A DNA stretch of 64,000 nucleotides. Source: Haliotis cracherodii (Eukaryota). The position numbers were made by a program, and so were the translations under genes. The stretch covers positions 3,472,001-3,536,000 of the forward strand of contig NW_027266284.1 in the NCBI RefSeq assembly GCF_022045235.1. The letters run 5' to 3'. Positions 54,507 through 64,000 of the stretch are shown piece after piece. The notes beneath the pieces are model-generated. The model made no database searches and was not told where the DNA came from. It was given only the letters and a program-made list of their open reading frames with translations. Positions within the stretch are counted from its first letter, which is position 1. Every line of letters begins with the position of its first letter.

Positions 54507-54898
54507 CTGTAATGTGACAAACATGTCAGATATACTCACTATAGCCCCACACAGACTGACACTATACATCATGACATACACAAACCCTTGCTGGCTGTAA
54601 TGTGACAAACATGTCAGATATACTCACAATAGCCCCACACAGACTGACACTATACATCATGACATACACAAACCCTTGCTGGCTGTGATGTGACAAACAT
54701 GTCAGATATACTCACAATAGCCCCACACAGACTGACACTATACATCATGACATACACAAACCCTTGCTGGCTGTAATGTGACAAACATGTCAGATATACT
54801 CACAATAGCCCCACACAGACTGACACTATACATCATGACATACACAAACCCTTGCTGGCTGTGATGTGACAAACATGTCAGATATACTCACAATAGCC
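54494..54898. repeat. 88-bp tandem repeat (about 4.6 copies) spanning the SNF8 exon 4 splice acceptor
   Basis: AAACCCTTGCTGGCTGT(A/G)ATGTGACAAACATG... at 54494, 54582, 54670, 54758 and 54846. Confidence 0.97.
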
Positions 54899-54963
54899 TG
54901 GAACTGTAGACTGAACCCGCTCACTCACTCACTCACTCACTCACACAGCAAGCTAGTACTCAC

Positions 54964-55102
54964 ATGCCAGAGGGTCAACACCTATAGAGGCACACATCTC
55001 CTGGAACTGTAGACGGAACTCAGGGTCCTTCTTGATGTCACCTTTGTGCTTCGTGGCAAAGTCCTCCAGATTCTTTTTGAACATTTCCATTTGACTTGCC
55101 AT
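54964..55102 (-). CDS. SNF8: SNF8 exon 3
   Basis: tgtcAG|ATG...GCA T|GTGAGT; MASQMEMFKKNLEDFATKHKGDIKKDPEFRLQFQEMCASIGVDPLA; 139 nt. Confidence 0.97.
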
Positions 55103-55261
55103 CTGACATATACAGGGTATGTGAGGACATATTTCAATTTCTTTAAGCTTTACTATATTTATCATAAACTTCATTTGAAACATTCAGGGTTGTAGTGAAA
55201 GTTTCATGTCACCAAGAAAGTTGTTTCATGAATATTTAATTCAGACATTCATAATTCAGGT

Positions 55262-56445
55262 CATAATCATATTGCAGGGTCTAGTCATCATGTTGCAGGG
55301 TCTAGTCATCATGTTGCAGGGTCTGGTCATCATGTTGCAGGGTCTAGTCATCATGCTGCAGGGTCTAGTCATCATGTTGCAGGGTCTAGTCATCATGTTG
55401 CAGGGTCTAGTCATCATGTTGCAGGGTCTAGCCATCATGTTGCAGGGTCTAGCCATCATGTTGCAGGGTCTAGTCATCATGTTGCAGGGTCTAGTCATCA
55501 TGTTGCAGGGTCTAGCCATCATGCTGCAGGGTCTAGTCATCATGTTGCAGGGTCTAGTCATCATGTTGCAGGGTCTACTCATCATGTTGCAGGGTCTAGC
55601 CATCATGTTGCAGGGTCTAGTCATCATGTTGCAGGGTCTAGTCATCATGTTGCAGGGTCTAGCCATCATTCTGCAGGGTCTAGCCATCATGTTGCAGGGT
55701 CTAGCCATCATGTTGCAGGGTCTACTCATCATGTTGCAGGGTCTAGCCACCATGTTGCAGGGTCTACTCATTATGTTGCAGGGTCTAGCCATCATGTTGC
55801 AGGGTCTAGTCATTATGTTTCAGGGTCTAGTTATCATGTTACAGGGTCTGGTCATCATGTTGCAGGGTCTGGTCATCATGTTGCAGGGTCTGGTCATCAT
55901 GCTGCAGGGTCTACTCATTATGTTGCAGGGTCTAGCCATCATGTTGCAGGGTCTAGTCATCATGTTACAGGGTCTGGTCATCATGTTGCAGGGTCTGGTC
56001 ATCATGTTGCAGGGTCTGGTCATCATGTTGCAGGGTCTAGTCATCATGTTGCAGGGTCTGGTCATCATGTTGCAGGGTCTACTCATCATGTTGCAGGGTC
56101 TTGTCATCATGTTGCAGGGTCTAGTCATCATGTTGCAGGGTCTGGTCATCATGTTGCAGGGTCTAGTCATCATGTTGCAGGGTCTGGTCATCATGTTGCA
56201 GGGTCTGGTCATCATGTTGCAGGGTCTGGTCATCATGTTGCAGGTTCTCCTCATCATGTTGCAGGGCCTACTCATCATGTTGCAGGGTCTAGCCATCATG
56301 TTGCAGGGTCTAGTCATCATATTGCAGGGTCTAGTTATCATGTTGCAGGGTCTAGTCATCATGTTGCAGGGTCTAGTCATCATCTTGCAGGGTCTAGTCA
56401 TCATCTTGCAGGGTCTAGTCATTATGTTGCAGGGCCTACTCATCG
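55262..56445. repeat. 21-bp minisatellite in SNF8 intron 2, about 56 copies
   Basis: CATCATGTTGCAGGGTCTAGT; source of the 467-, 185- and 207-aa ORFs. Confidence 0.97.
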
Positions 56446-56718
56446 TGCTTCTTGTTCTATTGCATACTGATCGTACAAATGGTGAACATAAGTACTGTCA
56501 CAGTTTCACAATATTAAATGCTTTAATTAATAAATGTTCAACAAGTCTGTTGCCATGTGACATGAACATGGACATAACCATGATAACTCGTGCTGACATC
56601 TGCTATTAACAGACTGCTGTCTATAATGGTCTAACATCGTCTAAAACTAGACTATATGCATAAAACCATCACCCACAAAGAAACTGGTTTAGACAGATTC
56701 TGCTGTAGGACAACATAC

Positions 56719-56769
56719 CTGAACAACCTGGTCCTCAGCCAGCACGGACCCCTTGTCTTTGTACCTCGC
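56719..56769 (-). CDS. SNF8: SNF8 exon 2
   Basis: ccccAG|GCG...CAG|GTATGT; ARYKDKGSVLAEDQVVQ; 51 nt. Confidence 0.93.
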
Positions 56770-56796
56770 CTGGGGAGAGTAAGGGAACCTGTGTCA

Positions 56797-58280
56797 TGAC
56801 ATTGTCTGTGGTTATCATGGCCATAACTTATCTACCCCACTTATACATCACATTGTCTGTGGTTATCATGGCCATAACTTATCTACCCCACTTATACATC
56901 ACATTGTCTGTGGTTATCATGGCCATAACTTATCTACCCCACTTATACATCACATTGTCTGTGGTTATCATGGCCATAACTTATCTACCCCACTTATACA
57001 TCACATTGTCTGTGGTTATCATGGCCATAACTTATCTACCCCACTTATACATCACATTGTCTGTGGTTATCATGGCCATAACTTATCTACCCCACTTATA
57101 CATCACATTGTCTGTGGTTATCATGGCCATAACTTATCTACCCCACTTATACATCACATTGTCTGTGGTTATCATGGCCATAACTTATCTACCCCACTTA
57201 TACATCACATTGTCTGTGGTTATCATGGCCATAACCTATCTACCCCACTTATACATCACATTGTCTGTGGTTATCATGGCCATAACCTATCTTTCCCACT
57301 TATACATCACATTGTCTGTGGTTATCATGGCCATAACCTATCTACCCCACTTACCGGTATACATCACATTGTCTGTGGTTATCATGGCCATAACTTATCT
57401 ATCCCACTTATACATCACATTGTCTGTGGTTATCATGGCCATAACCTATCTATCCCACTTATACATCACATTGTCTGTGGTTATCATGGCCATAACCTAT
57501 CTATCCCACTTATATATCACATCGTCTGTGGTTATCATGGCCATAACCTATCTTTCCCACTTATACATCACATTGTCTGTGGTTATCATGGCCATAACCT
57601 ATCTATCCCAATTATACATCACATTGTCTGTGGTTATCATGGCCATAACCTATCTACCCCACTTATACATCACATTGTCTGTGGTTATCATGGCCATAAC
57701 TTATCTACCCCACTTATACATCACATTGTCTGTGGTTATCATGGCCATAACCTATCTATCCCACTTATACATCACATTGTCTGTGGTTATCATGGCCATA
57801 ACCTATCTATCCCACTTATACATCACATTGTCTGTGGTTATCATGGCCATAACTTATCTACCCCACTTATACATCACATCGTCTGTGGTTATCATGGCCA
57901 TAACCTATCTACCCCACTTATACATCACATTGTCTGTGGTTATCATGGCCATAACCTATCTTTCCCACTTATACATCACATCGTCTGTGGTTATCATGGC
58001 CATAACCTATCTACCCCACTTATACATCACATCGTCTGTGGTTATCATGGCCATAACCTATCTTTCCCACTTATACATCACATTGTCTGTGGTTATCATG
58101 GCCATAACCTATCTACCCCACTTATACATCACATTGTCTGTGGTTATCATGGCCATAACCTATCTATCCCACTTATACATCACATTGTCTGTGGTTATCA
58201 TGGCCATGACCTATCTACCCCACTTATACATCACATTGTCTGTGGTTATCATGGCCATAACCTATCTTTCCCACTTATAC
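56797..58280. repeat. 57-bp minisatellite in SNF8 intron 1, about 26 copies
   Basis: CATTGTCTGTGGTTATCATGGCCATAACTTATCTACCCCACTTATACATCA...; source of the 540-aa ORF. Confidence 0.97.
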
Positions 58281-59621
58281 ACAACACAGGGTACAAGTTT
58301 CAGGGTTTTACACACAAATGTAAAGAATAAACACAGAAAACAAATATACCATATTCTTTGTACCTATAGCTCGTCAAGAGCAGTTCTGGGTGTCTGTTAT
58401 TTCACCCATCAATCATGACCACTGTCCACATGATCACTGATTCATTCCAGACTCTAAAGTAATTATCTTAACGTACAGTACACTACACCATGTCCTTACT
58501 TTGCAGGACCCTCATATCAACTGCGAGGAACCTTAACATCAATTACTGGGGGCCCTCTGGATGGACCCCTACTTTTGTCTGTCATGGTAAAACCCTGTAA
58601 TCTAGTGACAACTCACTGTTCCAGCAAGTTGGATTTACATAATTCAAGCATATGTTTTTAAATTAACCAGTTAATGATTATTCTAACACATTTACAGAGA
58701 GACAATGACTCAGGTTCTCAAATGTCCGTAGTGGGAATGTCTAGATCTACACAGGAAATGGTCACCAGTCAGTGAAGGGTATTTCCTCCCTACAAAGTTC
58801 ATAAACAACTTACTGTTTTGAAAAAACAAACAGCATTAGCATGACGAATATTACATACAATCACTAAGAAGTATGATACAATATCGGACACATAACTAGG
58901 ATAACACTGAGGAGTGAGTTTTAGGGATTAAATTCTGATTGACTTAGTTGGAATTAGCATTCACAACACATCAGGGTCATGTGGGAGGCCAGCCCGAAGT
59001 AATGCAGGCTAGACGTTAGATGTTTAGCATGTTGTACTTGGCGTACCCATGGACACAGGTATGGAGTGAACAAACAAAGTTTCACAGCAAATCTCACATT
59101 CTACCCATATATCATCTATTCCGGGCATGTCTAGATAATGCAGCTCTGCAAATAAGGTGACTCAGATATAACACTATTTCAGGTACATGACCCAGTGCTG
59201 CTGATGACAGCCTTATGTAGAAAGAAAGCCAAAAGTTTAGAACATTAAATCACTACTTCAGTGAAAGATAGATGTGGACACTGGTACAGTGATGATGCTT
59301 GGCGACGTATTAATGATGATAATCAGGTTGAGGACAGGAAACCCACGACTTTGCACAAGCGCCTAAACATGCCTCTGTATATCCTGGCAGCTGAGGGATG
59401 CTATTGTGCAAATCAGCATAAAGGAGTAGTGCAATTAACCAGATGCACTTTTTCAGGTTTCAGTTAGATTCGTGTGAAGGATTGAACTGACGTTACCAGC
59501 TTAAATTTATGCTTGGCAAATGAGTTCATCCAAATATCTAGAAACTTTACCAAGGGACCATAGCCGCCATCACAAATAGGGCCTAAGGACAGTAGAGGGA
59601 GGGGAAAGGGGGTGTTTGAGT

Positions 59622-60005
59622 TTGATTGGCAAGTGGTGCCCAATACTAAGGATCTGCATTTGATTAGCAAGTGGTGCCCAACCCTAAGGGTCGGTGTTTG
59701 ATTGGCAAGTGGTGCCCAACCCTAAGGGTCGGTGTTTGATTAGCAAGTGGTGCCCAACCCTAAGGGTCTGTGTTTGATTAGCAAGTGGTGCCCAACCCTA
59801 AGGGTCTGTGTTTGATTAGCAAGTGGTGCCCAACCCTAAGGGTCTGTGTTTGATTGGCAAGTGGTGCCCAACATGAAGGGTCTGTGTTTGATTGGCAAGT
59901 GGTGCCCAACCCTAAGGGTCTGTGTTTGATTGGCAAGTGGTGCCCAACCCTAAGGGTCTGTGTTTGATTGGCAAGTGGTGCCCAACACTAAGGATCTGTG
60001 TTTGA
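59622..60005. repeat. 38-bp minisatellite in SNF8 intron 1, about 10 copies
   Basis: GATTGGCAAGTGGTGCCCAACCCTAAGGGTCTGTGTTT at 59624, 59662 and onward. Confidence 0.95.
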
Positions 60006-60889
60006 TCAGAAGGGGGGTCTAACCCTAACATAAAGGGGTGCTTGATATGAAAGGGGGATCCAAGGGCTAAGGATAGAGTTGAGGGTAACCTACCCTCATC
60101 CTAACACAATTATACCTTCGATGAGGAACATGATCTGTTAAGCGAGAGCCACAGTCAGCAGCCGGAGCTAACTAGTGCTAAATAGCAGGTAGGGAAAACC
60201 TAATTCATTAAACGTTATTGACTCTTTCAATTTGCCTCAACTTGATATTTCACGTTAAGATGTGTTATTTCGCAAGAGTTGTGTTATATTGAATTTGCAA
60301 ATAAATTACATGTTTTCTTTTTCTTCTTGTGAATCATTATTACTCGTTACCCCATATTCTATATCAAAACCGGGAATACTATGTTGTAAATTTGGGGAAC
60401 ACAATATCAACCAAAGCCTGCGATGGTTCGTCTGACAAGTTGCTACCAAGTTTATATGTTACGTACAATAATGAGACACAGTCCTAGTTTATACATTCAA
60501 AAACATAAACTTGACAATGATATGGTTAAAATCACTATGACATTGATAAGTAAGAATTGAATCTTTATGAATTATGAACTAATGTACACGATAATTATCC
60601 TTGATTGTGAAATTGGTGGAAAAAAATTAACTGTGATCTGTGAAAAAGGTGGTCTGAATTACATGTGAACAATTATTGTGCAGCAGCATTCCCTGCCCTC
60701 TATATAAGCTGCGCTTGGTCAACTGCATTGCTGCCACATAGACAATTTGATAAATGAGTGAACTTAGGGTTCTGAAAAATGTTCAATGTTGAACAACACT
60801 CATCAGAAAAATGTAAATTCTGAGGCCTATCACAGTGTGTAATGTGACATCTAAACCTCGAAATATACTGTAGTGTACTCATGGATTAC

Positions 60890-60943
60890 CTCTGCGAGGT
60901 TTTTGTTTTTGATGGCAGCTATTCCGGGTCCCCGCCGACGCAT
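60890..60943 (-). CDS. SNF8: SNF8 exon 1 (start codon)
   Basis: ATG CGT CGG CGG GGA...GCA GAG|GTAATC; MRRRGPGIAAIKNKNLAE matches the SNF8 N-terminus. The eight exons join in frame (741 nt, 246 aa). Confidence 0.93.
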
Positions 60944-61441
60944 GGTTACAGTGGAAATTGGTTTCTAATGACGGAAAAATTGTTCTGTCAGTGCTGCAGC
61001 CAGCAGTCAATCTTTGCTACCGGAAAAAGGAAGCAACTGATTTATCAAAGGTAGACAACTCTGGTTCGTCGCAGATTCCGCTGTGGGCATGTACTTGCGG
61101 CTTCGATTTTAGGCGTTCGAATCATCATATCAGAGATACATTTCATATCCATATTATAAACAAATAGGCCTATTTGCAAATAGATTTTCCCTGTTCTGGT
61201 TGAATATACTTCACGCCTTTCATTTGGAATCACTCTATTTTGGGGCGTATGGCAATGAAATTAATAAACTTTGAAAGACTTGTTTGTACATCAGACCCGA
61301 TAGTATTATAGAAGTAGGTTCAGTTTTGTTCATAAACGACCACTTCTGAACTCAAAAACTTCTTTTTTAATTGCCCTACACAATCCACTTAATCATATAT
61401 AACTTTTTGATTGTCATTCTAGAAGTTGGTTGTTGTCACTC

Positions 61442-61494
61442 CATCTTGATAACGGTGTAAGAATCTACATTGAAACGTCGCTATATGTAATAAA
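61442..61494 (+). mobile_element. Decayed Penelope-like terminal repeat with a minimal hammerhead-ribozyme-like motif
   Basis: TTGATAA - stem GGTGTA/TACATT - GAAAC-GTC, followed by AATAAA; stem I is poorly paired. Confidence 0.4.
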
Positions 61495-61789
61495 CCAGAA
61501 GTTATTATCCATAAATGTGTATTTTCATACAAATTTTATTTGGATAAATCAACTGGAAAACATAATACATTTTATAAAATTATCTCATATAAGGCTACAT
61601 ATAACTGGAAATAAATGGTGGCGTAAAATCTTAGCGGCCAAACAAAGAGCCCAGGTTAAAATTGGTCCCAAGGAAGCCACGCTTGTCGTTGAGGAGACTG
61701 TATGTAATGTAATGTAATGTGTTGAATCGTAACGCGACATCTTTGGACGTTGCTCATAATGTCAACCACCTGTTTGTTTTACAGGCAAT

Positions 61790-62052
61790 CCGTGAAGATC
61801 CGGGTTACAATAGGTCTTCAGAAACCCATGCTTGCCGTAAAATGCGACTATGCTTGTCGTAAGAGGCGACTAACGGGATCGGGTGGTCAGGCTCGCTGAC
61901 TGGGTTGATGCATTGTCGTATTCCAATTGCGTGGATCGATGCTCATGATGTCAATCACTAGACTGTCGGATCCAGACTCGATTACATACAGACCGCCGTC
62001 ATTTAGCTGGAATATTGCTGAGTGCGCCGTAAAACAACAAAAAACAAACAAA
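61790..62052 (+). mobile_element. SINE family A copy
   Basis: Near full-length match to the 63296 copy. Confidence 0.9.
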
Positions 62053-62117
62053 TCTCACACATGATCCGAATACATCTGTCAACATAGATTCGGAGCGATT
62101 GTCCTACATTTTCTTTG

Positions 62118-62159
62118 TGACGTCATATCATGTTATGTTTTCTCTGGACGATGACGTCA
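62118..62159. promoter_or_regulatory. Two perfect CRE palindromes (TGACGTCA) in the putative promoter of the divergent gene
   Basis: TGACGTCA at 62118-62125 and 62152-62159, 25-66 bp upstream of ATG 62184. Confidence 0.5.
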
Positions 62160-62183
62160 CGAAAACGGCATACATCATCCAAG

Positions 62184-62341
62184 ATGGATGCCAATCATAA
62201 GGGGCCACCGATACTAGCCCGTACAAAGGCGCTGACTGACAGGGAGGTTTACTGGATGAGTGATGTCTTCTACAGATCGGCCTTTTATGTGGTTCTCCTG
62301 TCATGGGTTATATGTTTATCGGGCCCGCTTTTTATGTTTGG
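62184..62341 (+). CDS. Putative first coding exon of an unidentified membrane protein, divergent from SNF8
   Basis: Kozak-like AAGATGG; MDANHKGPPILARTKALTDREVYWMSDVFYRSAFYVVLLSWVICLSGPLFMF(G) contains a hydrophobic helix; strong donor GG|GTAAGT. Confidence 0.6.
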
Positions 62342-62583
62342 GTAAGTTCACGTAGCGTGAAATCAAATTTCGTGTTTTCCTATTTTTGTAGCAAATTATC
62401 ACAAACATATATAATATATAATTTATGCTGCTCGCTGGAAACTATTTCGATATTGACTTGTCGCTATACACGTTTATAAAGCAAACTCGTTTATAGGGAG
62501 CAGCACAACAATACGGTTACAGTACATCTGAAGTTAACATTGAAAGTTTGTCAAGATGTATATTCCCTTTCTTTTCTGTTCAG

Positions 62584-62683
62584 CATTCCTAAATTGTTCA
62601 TGACAAGTACAGATACTCAGACCAGCGAGCACGCTGAATATACTGGGGACAATGGAAACAGGAAAGAATGGATTTATCGTCAC
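62584..62683 (+). CDS. Putative exon 2 of the divergent gene
   Basis: Long pyrimidine tract + ttcAG; only the phase-2-compatible frame is open (IPKLFMTSTDTQTSEHAEYTGDNGNRKEWIYRH); donor CAC|GTGCGT (alternative donor at 62711/62712). Confidence 0.45.
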
Positions 62684-63130
62684 GTGCGTATTTTCAGGGT
62701 GTCTCTCCTGGTATAGTTGAAGAGGTCGCCTCTGGATGTTGATATAGTCAAAGTGAAATAAACGACAATAAGGTATTAAAAGAGACCGGTTTTGGTCCCA
62801 CATATCCAGTTATAATTATAAACATTATAATATAAACATTTCTACAAGTGCATGTTTGGGACCTATGACAAATGCACAGATAGGCTAAAATGTGTCAGAA
62901 AGGCTTATGTTAGAGGTTTCAAATAAATTCCTTATCCTTCCTCGTCTTACTGACATTTCCTGATTATTAGCTAGATTTCAATGTACATGATCCGGTTACC
63001 GTTCTTGTTAGAATACGACATTTCACAAGACGGGTTTATTGAACAATAATGTGCTAGGTAGTATACATATATCATATAGACTTCCTCAGTCTCCCTGCTC
63101 AAACAGTATACCTGCATTTCCTTATCCCAG

Positions 63131-63239
63131 CTACGGAAGATGGAGATGAGAGATACCGCATCAGCTTTCATTATGGTGGCCTGTGTGTTGAGAATGTGGC
63201 CCCGTACCTTCTGTCGTATACAGCTCTACTCATATGCAG
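63131..63239 (+). CDS. Putative exon 3 of the divergent gene
   Basis: ttccttatcccAG acceptor and CAG|GTATTG donor; the phase-0 frame LRKMEMRDTASAFIMVACVLRMWPRTFCRIQLYSYA is open. Confidence 0.4.
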
Positions 63240-63295
63240 GTATTGTCTTGGCAGTATTACTAATGCATGACTGTATATTACATGCAAAATATGGG

Positions 63296-63560
63296 CCCGT
63301 GAAGATCCGGGGTAGAATAGGTCTTCAGCAATCCATGCTTGCCGTAAAAGGCGAATATGCTTGTCGTAAAAGGCGACTAACGGGATCGGGTGGTCAGGCT
63401 CGCTGACTGGGTTGATGCATGTCATCGTATTCCAATTGCGTGGGTCGATGCTCATGTTATCAATCACTGGATTGTCTGGTCCAGACTCGATTACTTACAT
63501 ACCGCCGTCATATAGTTGGAATATTGCTGAGTGCGGCGTTAAACAACAAACAAACAAAAA
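63296..63560 (+). mobile_element. SINE family A, full-length copy
   Basis: CCCGTGAAGATCCGGGGTAGAATAGGTCTTC...GGAATATTGCTGAGTGCGGCGTTAAACAACAAACAAAC. Confidence 0.9.
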
Positions 63561-63852
63561 ATATTAATAACAGTGTAGTTGTAAGGATATGGTTGTTTGA
63601 AATAATAACGCAGTTTCTGAGATATATTCTTTCAAATATTTATGTCGTTTCGCGCCCTGAATGCACATTAAAACAGCGTGTTATGTTCGTTGTTGTCATA
63701 TTGGAGATGCGGTGAGCATTGGGCACTGTATATACTAACATTTAGTCCCAGGAATAGAGTTCTCTTATTTAAAAATACATATCTACAAAATAAAATAATA
63801 TAATCCAAATACAGCACAGAATAATCCTAGAATTGCAAAATCATTCTAGACT

Positions 63853-63893
63853 TGAAATATTGCTGAGTGCGGCGTCAAACAACAAACAAACAA
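63853..63893 (+). mobile_element. SINE family A, 3'-tail fragment
   Basis: GAAATATTGCTGAGTGCGGCGTCAAACAACAAACAAAC. Confidence 0.7.
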
Positions 63894-64000
63894 ATTACAT
63901 GCAAAATAGCAGGTAAAAAACTTCCGTGATGAGTGAGATGGACACGGTGACGTCACTTCCGAAACAAAGATATGTAGGCCATTGGGACAAGGGTATTTAT

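Noticed and set aside
55206-58418. 467-aa and 540-aa hydrophobic repeat ORFs
   Set aside because: They are translations of 21- and 57-bp intronic minisatellites antisense to SNF8. Unit lengths divisible by 3 and lacking a stop in one frame create long ORFs trivially.
17745-60005. CRISPR-like appearance of the 32-40-bp repeats
   Set aside because: Units are head-to-tail with no unique spacers, there are no cas genes, and the context is eukaryotic and spliced.

Overview
Repeat-rich eukaryotic genomic DNA, most likely from a gastropod mollusc (abalone-like; inferred from the neuropeptide and the SINE families). Two spliced genes can be rebuilt exon by exon with canonical GT-AG junctions. (1) A 115-aa whitnin/PKYMDT (proctolin-like, SPTR-family) neuropeptide precursor on + in four coding exons (3979-13762). 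(2) ESCRT-II subunit SNF8/VPS22 (246 aa) on - in eight exons (60943-49457). A probable third gene, an unidentified membrane protein, starts head-to-head with SNF8 at 62184. The rest is about 20 tandem arrays (these account for all ORFs over 150 aa), several SINE families sharing a 3' tail, a hAT MITE with an 8-bp TSD, and decayed remnants of a MULE transposase, an RLE-type non-LTR element and an RNase H-bearing LINE. The most unusual observations are: four exact decoy splice acceptors with poison-exon potential in SNF8 intron 3; a splice-dependent amidation signal in whitnin; and a SINE family whose 5' head is a predicted pseudoknotted RNA rather than a tRNA. No prokaryotic-type systems (CRISPR etc.) are present.
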